Source of the DNA: a virus
IMG/VR virus record: IMGVR_UViG_3300035701_000008
Location: 1-64,000 of that record
DNA length: 64,000 bases
Direction: 5' to 3' (one strand)
Part shown: positions 21,001-28,414 of the stretch, piece after piece
How positions within the stretch are numbered: position 1 is the first letter of the stretch
How the letters are laid out: every line of letters starts with the position of its first letter
Notes under the pieces: generated by a model
Seen by the model: only the letters and a program-made list of their open reading frames with translations
Told to the model about the DNA's origin: nothing
Databases searched by the model: none
Made by a program: the position numbers and the translations under genes

Positions 21001-23180
21001 AATTAGCTCAACAAACATTTATATTAGATGAGTTCTTGAAATATGCTATGATAGCTAGTAACTTGTTTCAAGTGACACAAGGTTCTAACTTTGATACAGC
21101 TACAATCAATGATCCATATTTAGTATTTAAAAAACAAATGCAACTTGAGAAAGCAAGAAGAACTATTCTATCTTCTGTAAATGCAGAGGGTAATGTAATA
21201 CCTGCTGTAGATGGTATTCTTGATAACTCTTTCATTGGCCCACTTGCTAATGTTATATATAATGTACGTGATGCATTTGCTGAAATTCTAATATCTGATA
21301 AACAGAATGTTAGAAGATTAATGGAAGATGTGCTACGTCCTTATACAGATTTAAATGATAGAGATTTTATTAAGGTGAGTCAGAAAGCAGTTAATGATCT
21401 TTTTGATTGGGCTGTACAGAATGATAGAAAACTAAACAACTCAGTTAAGAAGATATTACTAGGTAACTCAACAGAGAAGAGTGCTGCTAAACAAATTACC
21501 GAATTTAGAGATAAGGTGTTGAAAGATAAAAATCATCCTTTGTTTAATAATTTAATTCTTAAGTCACTTCAATTAGAAAGTGGTAAGAAAATTGTATTAG
21601 ATGAATACCAATTGAGAGATGGCAATACATACAAAAAAGAAAACATCAGTGTTCCTATGTTAGTTAAGTTAGGATATAGTCCTAAAGAAAGTAGAAAGAT
21701 GATGAACATGATTATTCCTCAAGTGGATAATCTTTCTATCAAAGGAAGAGATGGTAAAGTGTATGACCAAAACTTAATCATATATGGATTTAATGAGTTA
21801 AAAGAAAAACTTGGTGATGAGAACAAAGACTTATATGGTAAACTAGTTAGACTTGCTGTAATACAATCTGGTCTTACAAACTCTCCTATTGCATTTACTA
21901 ACCTTCTTCCTTATAATGATTTTAGAGAATTCTATAATGAAACATTGTCCAATCTAGAAAATATTCCTAACTTAGCAGAATTTAGACAGTTAGATATAAT
22001 GGAAAGAAACAATTGGAATAACACTAACATTGTACCATTTAAAAGAGGACAGCTAACACAAAGCAAGAAGAATCCTAAAAATTGGTACTACGCAGAAAAA
22101 GCATTCTTAAGTAATAAATTACAAAAGAAAATGGATAATGGTGAACTTCCTCCAATGATTGTATTTTCTATGTTCTCAAGAGAAGGTAAAAATGATTTCA
22201 TTACATACAGTTCAGAAGGAAAAATAACAAAAGCTCAAAGAATTAAAGCTAGAAGAACAGGAGATACATCTCATGTTGAGAAAGCATTATTTAAAAAGGT
22301 TTACACTATTAATGATGAAGGTGTAAGAGTTCCTTTAGTTCAAAAATCTGAATATGAAGGTAAAGAGTATTTCAACTATGTATACAAAGCTATCAATGCT
22401 TGGGGTGATTCATTTAGAGCACAAGAGTTTTATGGTAAAACATTTCCATTAGATCCTTTATCAACTGTATCAAGAGCTTCTGTATTAGATAATGGATTCT
22501 TAAAAATACAGAAAACAGTGAATGTGGATGGTCAACAACTAAGTCCAGATGAGGTGGAAGATAGTGTAATTGAATTAGCTCTTCTAGGTACAACACAAAT
22601 GGTTAGTGCTACAATTGAACCAACTAAGAATGTAGAAGTAGTAGATAGATATTCTGTTGCGGACCTACAAGCTAATCCAGATAAGATTTATGTATTTGGA
22701 GATAACACACAAAGAGTTGGTACAGGTGGACAAGCTCAAATTAGAAATAATCCTAATGCTATGGGAATTGCTACAAAGATTTCACCTTCTATGGATGAAT
22801 CAGCTTTCATGTCAGATGAAGATTTAACTAATAATAAACAAGTAATTGATGGAGATATAGCTAAAATAAAAGCAACAGGTAAAGTTGTAGTGATGCCTAA
22901 AGATGGATTAGGTACAGGGCTTGCTAAGTTAAAAGAGAAAGCTCCACAAACTTATGCTTATTTAAAACAAAGACTATTAGAAGAATTTGGATTTGATAAT
23001 GATAATGGAACTATAATTAATAAAACTGAAACAAAAGAAAGATCAACTATTGAAAGAACATTGAAAGATGGTAACTCTTATAATATAGATGATATTAAAT
23101 TAGGAATGCTAATTAAAATGGGATATACACCAAGTGAAGTTGGTGGGATATTAAAAGAAATCAGAAAAGAAATTTGTTAA
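9003..23180 (+). CDS. Virion-packaged DNA-dependent RNA polymerase polyprotein (crAss-like, phi14:2 gp66-type), 4725 aa
   Basis: Double-psi beta-barrel catalytic motif AFRIPTQKQNS...GSDFDIDKL (DFDID at 19947-19961), an ETDGGGYI motif, a zincin-like segment YHEVFE...EELAEEF, and giant size. Confidence 0.88.
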   Translation: MPDPTNPNLYGQPYVRGPITPNVGSITTTPLTTGFPGLRTGKPLSQEDRGRMLIGQIDPNEIRPGKTYLSDVAGDLTGRYDTVIYGANNEDAWGQQQSTLSKAVNGILKGTNLAATTVVGGFATVGGAVSSIFTGRLADIWDNPVMQKIDEWNNKVDQEYLPNYYADTEKNADWYSPDNWFTANFLFDKVIKNSGFAVGAVISGNMASKALGLAGSAIGEAAASRALAIESGQSFKAFAPLLRNTARAFSVGKNAEAAAILEKEITSIADVAERTSKLAELAKLNNKFAAINDVGKKVGIAAYSQAGESAFEGLQTSNEFRNQLIDQYKRNNFGVAPDKEELKKIDAQTEKVGKTSFLANMALLSATEYVQLPKLMGSTYAAERQAANSLAGMVDNVVLRDGKYVAEEAAKTKFGKLYNTVKGAGKYVFDPKEMVQEISQYAVQVGTQNYYNKAYQGKDANALVDGVLYGFFGEDEFGKGVGALNSKEGIEGGLIGGLTGGLMQAKGNYLMGKAVKTNTTKFLEQLNNAPTYKEAFQYKMDAVNRGVKLQEEQEDAIKQGDKLEAKDLNADMMHNYLSPRIKYGRMDMVMDDISDMRQSSLSPEGLTSLKQLGIANENDTTVTFNARLTNFETTAKNTEQIYKSTNLRYSGEILKNKDGIPVLNEKGEQIRKYSDASIEQMIYAASKVADYDVRIPQVSMLPIGQGIDVQSIVNEELTNPESTALNDKLAELDINPEINTEEVKQDLKDVVELSLRRKEYLKNYNDIIANPQAYNEERREFEETVEGPKGTISIKTKRGPRDIEIGTEYFLGKVTGKSKEGKDVYRAPRLIVLGRNEDGTIKVQDSDGKIHDIKESTLEKYNLGKVESTLKNKKAKFYMEHWNTVYEFNFGAKTGGKQKGRIEYDPENDVMLFVYKNKKGDRKEIEVTGDQFVTKKGYKEPMIKSVGELTVVQQKALEEYVAQKDSRIDAKREARLAILNDLFDDLASRQDKITKNIDQKQKELTKAKEEYALLEKEIEEAQLDKRTKAVRFKVATTRALENAMRLSRMQEQLEREIEALQLDSEEIEFTLNYITDMAANIDEYSTNFKDFMDELQEEILDLEILQETTQKQITVLSKLSRDVQAALDSTIDYLSKLISSFESKYPNVPRIMGQDWVDFLKDNPNFLKVKPNYRSDLQMIDDIVAEMEDAEVIPNEERLKDLTEHLAIMQGSLDDVQKEIEAKEVILNKFKDIADKYKQQQAEDRRLQNDRALRTEYLGTNSDAVQSFFGNEYYEASSKKDDLELVGSTVAVTKGKKGEQIREHHARANRFGFNLHKFKNRNAIRGVVVTSKTEDSILPGLMNLLTDEGRAIGNDGKPVNPNTIIALVMVQDNEDGTITLVDETGTPFTAEQLADPTKYGIFQVFPSAELEANYKDAAGKSSRESMFRKKTSDEKLTFEQESLKQQYAKWRNDRLKEESLSTPQDISASFGIPDYVTRLDDKDNEVRDYDARVAVEATGLLEEGALIEDPVLMVATTNESVSYGKVTFDTPKGRVFLKVPGGLVKLKNRQLTEKEVDTIYDVLRQITKNVSKDGTTKTKETQYLFNWLKTVIYWGIAKNTQTGERKDPGYNNVWFETKTEGNKSFTKLYMSGLQTEGFDFTPTGIELKENEIKAILRGMYNNVNATKVNVDSFKKKYTEIVGIDEDGKPIKKEWDNYQSFLLSSEGRTNDEIPLVTQIRPLTDPDIPNKKGIYFTLDSTQDSYTIPTPPVVATAAPKPSAKLDPKVKKASLEKIKTAINTEEDITSMMDGVFAVVNEADYMDWQETIEPVQLEEDLKESLATVEGDEVKVFNVVSKYLLNKYIDEQIAILDKTIPSAPVTPVAPAAVAKEYDLTGGPNVHVLGKYGNVPFTINAQKFIDSKEEEGFGITFEADTVAAVMAVKNKTESEARDLIYFAILNKLRPQLDAFQTKSKIPTADAPQTTFVLDGIAENTIQIGTYGKIIFTLDGNKFNETGEGFNIQFPAYDSEVLKNVMDAKGITQSEAQQMIGNNIYGKVLTQLEGMKIPVAPAINTPFTPNTPEVVEEEEEVTDNDNIGKEITAVAPFNKGTITGKIVSVKENKIKKGLYSIVLDNGEKVSGNFEDNKFTWIQNEEPVSTTPKPAGTSKFANRQRGVTPDDSSMRVALANQAKKFQGEDWAKLEEGIKRMLPNIPIYRVKNIIQATNGRQAWGMLHKGAIYIYENAEVGTVYHEVFEAVWKMFASPQEKEAILKEFISRPGTFVDRETGKTVAYKDAVAHQIKEELAEEFRDAVLKDKLGQPIASKSLIGRLFSQLIDFIKSLFTGANAQRNTKELFNKIGNGYYATYNPYVSQLAYANSGVIDIENATADASSDLRVKGIPATQLHEIVEEMTFITIKDLVDRKQSLFDIVKPRQKELYEMLQVRILDVIGHQADLIEDNVASGQTSIEDSIRQYNDIEALYNNVYENWDSIIQEHKEKLKTFNIEFDENDELILGDEDNSGRSDYIDARKIDSFRKANGAVKLLLGTLPVTYVDVNEKGERVLRNKRSTIGGAILMPGDEVFIKLKNKLYNSLNPNDMLSRLKEMAKGDPTYENLYTRLTKTSLTNNVDFKTLDQNAIQLISAFWKAMKSQNADAISVFILPSGEVVVSDSTLTSSAKQSKRDITNSMVDKIKSNSLFFTYDPKTGRYFATDKIKSMVLNGSKMESYTALLKELGIEFDVKTLKKLNDNQLLNFRSAVEGIQNEFIRLNERGKARTDAQIADDEANGTVARGISSLTPKALGIEKRLFQLGLTQAIIENKGFESTYFNMNGERTQTYIGGNALSNLHDVLSSLTNIDELDSNPEYSQYKYLRTDVFAKGSVMLQNMFNIDSVKGTGKRIFGTENLMKSVYIDGTDNQNNGKKKESSKLTAKERLVQEINLNLDGYFLNLVPGDASIEWAVKMLKFIDMDSYADDAHIEIFKNYFISEVGLSRDERFIVEGKGNKSTDLRFFKAILGEELNNQITKESNSQYTAEELYNGKPSEGFKGYKAEIDAAVNDFIKKDALDTENLLRDYGVVGYGPEGLQITDIVFDENIELTEASLKDNLEILSINYMIANIEMHKLLYSDPYQYSDELKRIKNFNSPRQALMSGSQEVNQGLDAVYNKGFKPGDAGYTDMSNEFFRAITIGDVLSVSDLKDYDPYEETDGGGYITEKANRIFGIRSGDWTTANEAQYRHDMAFLDLFNSGATAKELEKFDRKSPEVASTYTARKPIVSGNKDNGRDYNDVVLHKFALLPLSFRLLYKINPESNAIKLYNKMQNENIDYAVYASGSKVGTEKVSPLYDDEGNFDETPFEDVNADIDVYEKQAVSNIPFTIMGVQAEVPSKDAPYVTQGSQITKLATLDFMEAGVPIDFDTATQDFNARFVKWIKLSNDQKLEQSELYRDLQHNQELLQAKIEYGYKSLLKKLGLKKTADGFEISNVKKLVDTLKDEILKREVNHNIIDALSGFEKGDTVLEATPAYQQIRNILYSIADKNVVSPKISGGMKVQIPGTLLESKRPGKQIVKGKNVYSSDLLRFYTRNENGKSINVCQIMIAKWFKSDMSDKELLNYFNNTDEGRKEFAAITGIAFRIPTQKQNSIDVFEIGKFLPEGYKDSVVIPSELVKKAGSDFDIDKLSIYLKNIYTSNDKKPKQVPYLGIGQEAIDKFGELYDKGEFNEYLRSKKLLEKGESVDRLMEAIFPEEYSFQREDVINDFYKQSLENEYINSLQKLVSNDLNFENLIKPNSADDLKGLAKDINKKLGKDEINYGVAGNMLSRSFMTTLRHAFVTGKYAIGIAAVNQTNHAQNQRSPIYIDRDKLDTVIDPADKKWLGDAKINFKEYNSMMINGKQYPSLSMIKSADKKTFISDTIGQFIDGYVDISKGPWIMEMGASPNVASTWMLLVKLGVPITTVGYFMNQPIVREYLKTIQNNGYSWLFIDKFVDDTKYEYIGGEDVEVTSIPSEKELGDMIGKSGADMNPTELAQQTFILDEFLKYAMIASNLFQVTQGSNFDTATINDPYLVFKKQMQLEKARRTILSSVNAEGNVIPAVDGILDNSFIGPLANVIYNVRDAFAEILISDKQNVRRLMEDVLRPYTDLNDRDFIKVSQKAVNDLFDWAVQNDRKLNNSVKKILLGNSTEKSAAKQITEFRDKVLKDKNHPLFNNLILKSLQLESGKKIVLDEYQLRDGNTYKKENISVPMLVKLGYSPKESRKMMNMIIPQVDNLSIKGRDGKVYDQNLIIYGFNELKEKLGDENKDLYGKLVRLAVIQSGLTNSPIAFTNLLPYNDFREFYNETLSNLENIPNLAEFRQLDIMERNNWNNTNIVPFKRGQLTQSKKNPKNWYYAEKAFLSNKLQKKMDNGELPPMIVFSMFSREGKNDFITYSSEGKITKAQRIKARRTGDTSHVEKALFKKVYTINDEGVRVPLVQKSEYEGKEYFNYVYKAINAWGDSFRAQEFYGKTFPLDPLSTVSRASVLDNGFLKIQKTVNVDGQQLSPDEVEDSVIELALLGTTQMVSATIEPTKNVEVVDRYSVADLQANPDKIYVFGDNTQRVGTGGQAQIRNNPNAMGIATKISPSMDESAFMSDEDLTNNKQVIDGDIAKIKATGKVVVMPKDGLGTGLAKLKEKAPQTYAYLKQRLLEEFGFDNDNGTIINKTETKERSTIERTLKDGNSYNIDDIKLGMLIKMGYTPSEVGGILKEIRKEIC

Positions 23181-23181
23181 T

Positions 23182-26100
23182 ATGATAAGTTGTATAAATA
23201 CTAGTTCAGAAGAGTGGAAGTCATTAGTGGCTTCCAGAGGTGAAGACATGGCTCATTATTTATGGGATCTACATGAAGGAGAAGTTCCTCAATCAGAATA
23301 CACTGAAACAGAAATGGTTGCATCTAAAGCTTCTGCTGAGACAGTGGTTGTAATGAAGAACGCAGCTAAACAAATGGATATTGATATTATGTCTTTAGAT
23401 GAATATGCTAAAGGTAATCCTGATATACAAACTAAAGGAATCAATGGACTTGCTGATCTTATTAAAGGAGTGGTGGCTATTGCTCAGGGTATGGAAAACT
23501 ATACACTAACAGAAGAGATAGTCCATATAGCTACAGCCATTCTTGAACAAACAAACCCAAAGCTTGTCACTGCAATGATTGCTAAGATAGATAGATTCAA
23601 AATCTATGATGAAACACTCAAAGCATATAAAGGAAAGAAAGCATATCAATTAGCTAATGGAAAACCAGACATTAGAAAGATAAAAAAAGAAGCTGTGGAT
23701 AAACTCATCTCTGAGCTTATTATCAATCAATCTGAAGGCTCTACACAGTTTCCTGAATTGATGCAAGAGAATGAACGTTCAATGATTCAGAACTGGTGGA
23801 ATACTATTCTTGATTTAATTAGAGGGATATATTCAAAAACAAACATAGATATATTTGAACAAAATGCTAATAGAGTGTTGAGTGCAAATGTTGGTGGTGT
23901 TGTTTCTGATATAACTAATGGTGGTGTGTTTTATCAAGTGAAGAATAGTGCTGTAGATAAAATCTATGATACAGTTAAAGACTTTGATAGTAGAATAGAA
24001 TTAAATCCTGAAACAATAGATTCAACAGGTAAAGTGATACCAAGACATTACACTCTTGATGGTCTTCCTGAACAGATTCCTTCTGTTACAGCCACTCTTA
24101 AAAAAGGTACAACAATGCCTGATAGAACTCCTCTTCAAAAATTCTTAGATGATCAAAAGAAAGATTGGGGTACAGAGATACATGATTTTATCTACGGTTT
24201 TATAACCAATAATCTTATTGATAAAGATGGATATAAAAGAAATGATCCATTAACTAATCCTGTATCAACTAAACTTGATCCTAAAGTTCAGAAGAGATTA
24301 ACGGATTTTTCAACAGAACTAATTAACTCTTATGAACCTGGTACACGTTTTTTATTAGAAGCAAAAGCAGTTAATCAAAAGGTGAAAGGTAAACTTGCAT
24401 CTGCTATTGACTTTATAGCTATTGAACCTTATAAGAAAGAAGATGGAACAGATGATGTAAGAGTGGATATACTTGACTGGAAAACTACATCTATTAATAA
24501 AAGTAGAGATGAGGATATAAACTGGGCTAAGCAGAAAGATTGGAAAGCTCAGATGGGTGAATACACTAAGATTCTTTATAACTATGGATTAAATCCTGCT
24601 CAATTGAGAAAAGCTAGGATGATTCCTTTTGTGATGAATTACAATTATGTTGTTGAAGGACAACCTGAAAGTGGATTCTCTGCTCCTACATCTATGGAGA
24701 TAGGTAAACTTAATTCATTAGAGGAAACAAACTTATACTTACTTCCAGTTCCTATTAATTCTGAATCTACAGGTAACCCAAAAGTAGATTCTCTTCTTAA
24801 ATCATTAAGAGAGCAATGGGAAAAACTATATAAGAAACCAGTGTATGCTGAAGATAGATATGGTAAGATTTTAGAAATCAATAAGTTAAGTGCAGCTATT
24901 CGTAATTTACATGTTAGGTTAAACTTTGAACCTCTTGTTAATGTAGGTAAATCATTTTTGAAAAATGCAAGAACTGCATTAGATGACTTTTCTAAAATAG
25001 ATTATGAAACAATAAGCAAAGAAGAATTAGATAAACGATTAGGAGATCTAATTGATTATGGAATAAGTGCTGCAAAGTTTACAACAATGGACCAAGTGTT
25101 TCTTTCTGAATATAAAAGAGAAGGAATGACTGATTCTAATAAAGAAGTGTTGAAAGAACTAGAACATATATCTTCTATGACAGCTAGGATGTTAAATGAA
25201 ATCTCTCAACTACAAAATCAATATGCTGTACATTTAGGTCTTAAAGAAGGAGTTACAACAGATTCAACAAAAGAAACTATATTAAATGCTGAAAAACAAA
25301 TTGATGGTATGTCTAAAACATTCTTAGAAGGATCTAAACTTTCTGCTAAGATAATTAAACTTGCTTCTAATTTACTTATGAATGCAAAGAGTCTTGTTAA
25401 TATAGAACTTGCTAGAAAACTAAAACAATATGAGAAGATACTTATTCCATTAGAGAAAGAAGCTTCAGTTAGAGGAGTGAAAGCATTTGATTTGATTGGA
25501 ACAATGTCTGAAACAGGACTGAATCTTATTAAAAAAATAGATCCTGAATTCTGGAAAGAAGTGGTAGATGCTAAACAGAAAAAAGATAAAGCTTTCTTTT
25601 TAAAGAATATGGATATTAAACAATATGATAAACTTTCTAAAGCAGCAATTGATAAAGGAATAGAAGAATTAAACAAAACTACATTTGCATCTGATGAAGA
25701 AGAAGATGATTTCCAACGTTCATACAAGATAACCAAGTTAAAAGATTCTTTAGATATACATAGTGAAAGATTTGATGGATATGATAATTATAGATTCAGC
25801 CAATTGTTCAAAGAAACAATGATTGAAGAAGGACATCTATCTAAGCAATATGAACAAATGAGTAAAAGTAAAGCTGCTCTTGATGTATGGAACTTCTTTA
25901 CTGAACTCAATGTTAAAGCTAAACAAATGGGTTACCTTGATAAACAAGGAAGTTCATTCTTTCCATTAATAGAAGCTACAATTCTTCAAAAGTTTGCACA
26001 AACTAATGATATATCTGCTCAGGCAAAAGAATCTTTATGGACAGATTTCTATCAAACTAGAATAAATGAAAAACAAGGAATGTCTAGTATTGATCCTGAA

Positions 26101-27936
26101 ACTGGTCAAGTTAGAAGAGTTATACCTAAGTATTTTACTAAGACAGATAAAACTGCAAATCAATTATCTACCGATCTTAATAAGATTGGAGCTCTATGGG
26201 TTAAGTCTTTATTAGAATATGAAAGTTCTAAAAACTTAGAGAACACACTTCTTACATTACACTCTGTTGAGAAAGCTAAAGGAAGTCTTATATTTGAAAA
26301 TGGACAAGTTCAGTTTACAGATGGAGATCTTAGTATCAATGAACAAGATAATAAGAATGCAGATATATTACAAACTATTATTGATGATGGATTGTATAAA
26401 CTAGGACAAGATCTTGGATCTATAGGAAACATTGGTGTAACAGCTCTTGGAGAAAAGCTTGGTAAAGATGACGAAGATAAACAAGCTAAAGCTATTAATG
26501 CTAAGAAACTATTAAGTAATGCTGATACATTAACTAGATCTATTGCTGTAGGTCTTAAACCTCTTATCTCCATTGCTAACTTTATGGGATATAACTTTCA
26601 AGCATATGTTAATGGAGGAACTGTATATTCTTTTTCAGAGTTTCAAAAAAACAATCTTAAAGTTGTTACAGGAAATAACTTCTCTACAATACAAAGAGGA
26701 CTTCTAAATCTTTTTGTTCCATTGAATGAAGATGTGGCTACAGAAGAAAGAAGAAAAATGGCTAAAGAACAAGGACTTATTAAATATCTATCCACTTGGT
26801 CATTTACTGATGTGATGATGTCAACTAACTCTTTCCCTGAAAGAAAGTTACAATTTTCTAATGCATTGAGTATAATTGATAACTCAATGGTGGTAGATGG
26901 AAAGATTGTTAACATCAGACAATATTTAAAAGAACAAGATAGAAATGCTAGAAAAGGAATGTCTGAAAGCGAAAGAAAAGCTTTAGAGAAATCATTTGAT
27001 CAAAGAGTTAAAGAGCTAAAAGAATCTTCTTCATTAGATAAGATAGCTAAGATTGAAAATGATGAAATGGTAATTCCAGGAGTGAGTGATACAGAACTTG
27101 CAAAGTTTCGTACATCTATCATTGAATATGGTAGAAAACTTAATGGTCAGATGAATGAAGATAACAAAGCTGGATATAGAAGAGATGCTATATTCACATC
27201 CTTCATGATGTTCAAAAACTGGATACCTAAATTAGTTTCTGAACATACATTAGGTATTAATAAAAACATTGAACTTAATCAATGGGAGTATGGTAGAACT
27301 AGAGCATTTTTTAAAACTTGGCAAAGTGTAGGTTTTAAAAACATATCTAAAATGAGAGCCATCATAAATGGTACTGATGAAGGATTACAACTTATCAATG
27401 AAATGCTTGAAGCTAAGAGATTAGATTATTTTAGAAAGACTGGTCAAGAGTTAGAGATTACAGAAGAAGAATATCAAGATCTTATAAGAGAGCAAATAGC
27501 TAATCAGATGAAAGAATTGTATTTATTACTTGGTGTTATATCTTTAATACTTATGACAAAAGCTTCTGTACCACCAGATGATGCTACAGATGAAGAAAGA
27601 AATAGATATAAGTGGTATGCTAAACTTGTTAATAAAGTGGCTGACGAGATTACATTTTATTATAATCCTCTATCATTTGAAAGTATGACTAAAGGATCTG
27701 TACTTCCATCATTGAATTTATTAACTAAAGCATCAGATGTATTATATTACACTGTTAGAGAAGTGTATGGAGAAGCTACAGATGATCAAACTATGGTTGA
27801 TAAATCTCATCCAACCAAATACTTCTTTAATATGATTCCTGTAGCTTCACAAATTCAAAGTGAAATTCTACCATATCTATATCCTGAATTAGCCAAAGAA
27901 CAAGGGGTGAGAGTTACAGAACAATCAAGAAGATAA
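23182..27936 (+). CDS. Large virion protein with PD-(D/E)xK nuclease-like domain (1584 aa)
   Basis: IPSVT...GTEIH...IDFIA...ILDWKT...QMGEY is a Cas4/RecB-like nuclease motif set. It also has a degenerate zincin motif (LTEEIVH) and follows the RNAP as in crAss-like genomes. Confidence 0.7.
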   Translation: MISCINTSSEEWKSLVASRGEDMAHYLWDLHEGEVPQSEYTETEMVASKASAETVVVMKNAAKQMDIDIMSLDEYAKGNPDIQTKGINGLADLIKGVVAIAQGMENYTLTEEIVHIATAILEQTNPKLVTAMIAKIDRFKIYDETLKAYKGKKAYQLANGKPDIRKIKKEAVDKLISELIINQSEGSTQFPELMQENERSMIQNWWNTILDLIRGIYSKTNIDIFEQNANRVLSANVGGVVSDITNGGVFYQVKNSAVDKIYDTVKDFDSRIELNPETIDSTGKVIPRHYTLDGLPEQIPSVTATLKKGTTMPDRTPLQKFLDDQKKDWGTEIHDFIYGFITNNLIDKDGYKRNDPLTNPVSTKLDPKVQKRLTDFSTELINSYEPGTRFLLEAKAVNQKVKGKLASAIDFIAIEPYKKEDGTDDVRVDILDWKTTSINKSRDEDINWAKQKDWKAQMGEYTKILYNYGLNPAQLRKARMIPFVMNYNYVVEGQPESGFSAPTSMEIGKLNSLEETNLYLLPVPINSESTGNPKVDSLLKSLREQWEKLYKKPVYAEDRYGKILEINKLSAAIRNLHVRLNFEPLVNVGKSFLKNARTALDDFSKIDYETISKEELDKRLGDLIDYGISAAKFTTMDQVFLSEYKREGMTDSNKEVLKELEHISSMTARMLNEISQLQNQYAVHLGLKEGVTTDSTKETILNAEKQIDGMSKTFLEGSKLSAKIIKLASNLLMNAKSLVNIELARKLKQYEKILIPLEKEASVRGVKAFDLIGTMSETGLNLIKKIDPEFWKEVVDAKQKKDKAFFLKNMDIKQYDKLSKAAIDKGIEELNKTTFASDEEEDDFQRSYKITKLKDSLDIHSERFDGYDNYRFSQLFKETMIEEGHLSKQYEQMSKSKAALDVWNFFTELNVKAKQMGYLDKQGSSFFPLIEATILQKFAQTNDISAQAKESLWTDFYQTRINEKQGMSSIDPETGQVRRVIPKYFTKTDKTANQLSTDLNKIGALWVKSLLEYESSKNLENTLLTLHSVEKAKGSLIFENGQVQFTDGDLSINEQDNKNADILQTIIDDGLYKLGQDLGSIGNIGVTALGEKLGKDDEDKQAKAINAKKLLSNADTLTRSIAVGLKPLISIANFMGYNFQAYVNGGTVYSFSEFQKNNLKVVTGNNFSTIQRGLLNLFVPLNEDVATEERRKMAKEQGLIKYLSTWSFTDVMMSTNSFPERKLQFSNALSIIDNSMVVDGKIVNIRQYLKEQDRNARKGMSESERKALEKSFDQRVKELKESSSLDKIAKIENDEMVIPGVSDTELAKFRTSIIEYGRKLNGQMNEDNKAGYRRDAIFTSFMMFKNWIPKLVSEHTLGINKNIELNQWEYGRTRAFFKTWQSVGFKNISKMRAIINGTDEGLQLINEMLEAKRLDYFRKTGQELEITEEEYQDLIREQIANQMKELYLLLGVISLILMTKASVPPDDATDEERNRYKWYAKLVNKVADEITFYYNPLSFESMTKGSVLPSLNLLTKASDVLYYTVREVYGEATDDQTMVDKSHPTKYFFNMIPVASQIQSEILPYLYPELAKEQGVRVTEQSRR

Positions 27937-27999
27937 TTGACAACGCTATATTATGCAGGTTATTTAACCTACACCCTTTTAAAATACATAATTAATAAT

Positions 28000-28007
28000 T
28001 AACTTTG
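28000..28007 (+). promoter_or_regulatory. Bacteroidota -7 element (TAACTTTG)
   Basis: TAnnTTTG ending 5 nt before ATG 28013. Confidence 0.5.
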
Positions 28008-28012
28008 CTCAC

Positions 28013-28402
28013 ATGAGAACAGCTGCAATTTGCCCAACATGTGCTGTGTATGAGAATGCTATATGCATTATATACAATGGCCCACCTCTTTCTAATATTA
28101 ATGTTGCTCCTTTAGAGGATCTCCAATCTATATTAGGTAAGATAAACACTAGATTAATACCATTAACTGGTATCAATGCTCCTACTATACCTGCTATATA
28201 TCTAGGACAAACTTATTTAAATACAACCACAAAGTTATTATACTTTGCTAAGTCTGTAGGAACTGGAGCAACAGATTGGAGTCTTGTACTTACAGCACCC
28301 ACTGTCATTGTTCAATATGCTGATAATGCCACTGCTTTATTTGCAGGATTGATTCCTGGTCAAATTTATCGTACAGGAGATTTTCTTAAAATCGTTCACT
28401 AA
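28013..28402 (+). CDS. Putative virion decoration/fibre protein (Cys-rich N-terminal module)
   Basis: The N-terminus C..C...CIIYNGP is shared with the next ORF. The C-terminus has a YADN..A..AGL..GQIYRTG..LKIV fibre-tip-like motif. Confidence 0.5.
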   Translation: MRTAAICPTCAVYENAICIIYNGPPLSNINVAPLEDLQSILGKINTRLIPLTGINAPTIPAIYLGQTYLNTTTKLLYFAKSVGTGATDWSLVLTAPTVIVQYADNATALFAGLIPGQIYRTGDFLKIVH

Positions 28403-28414
28403 TAATATACTAAA

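Noticed and set aside
2233-26915. Many 60-172-aa antisense or alternate-frame ORFs inside the giant genes (also 35038-35580, 43290-43814, 52163-52489 and others)
   Set aside because: They are shadow ORFs of biased codon usage, mostly with non-ATG starts and no recognisable motifs.
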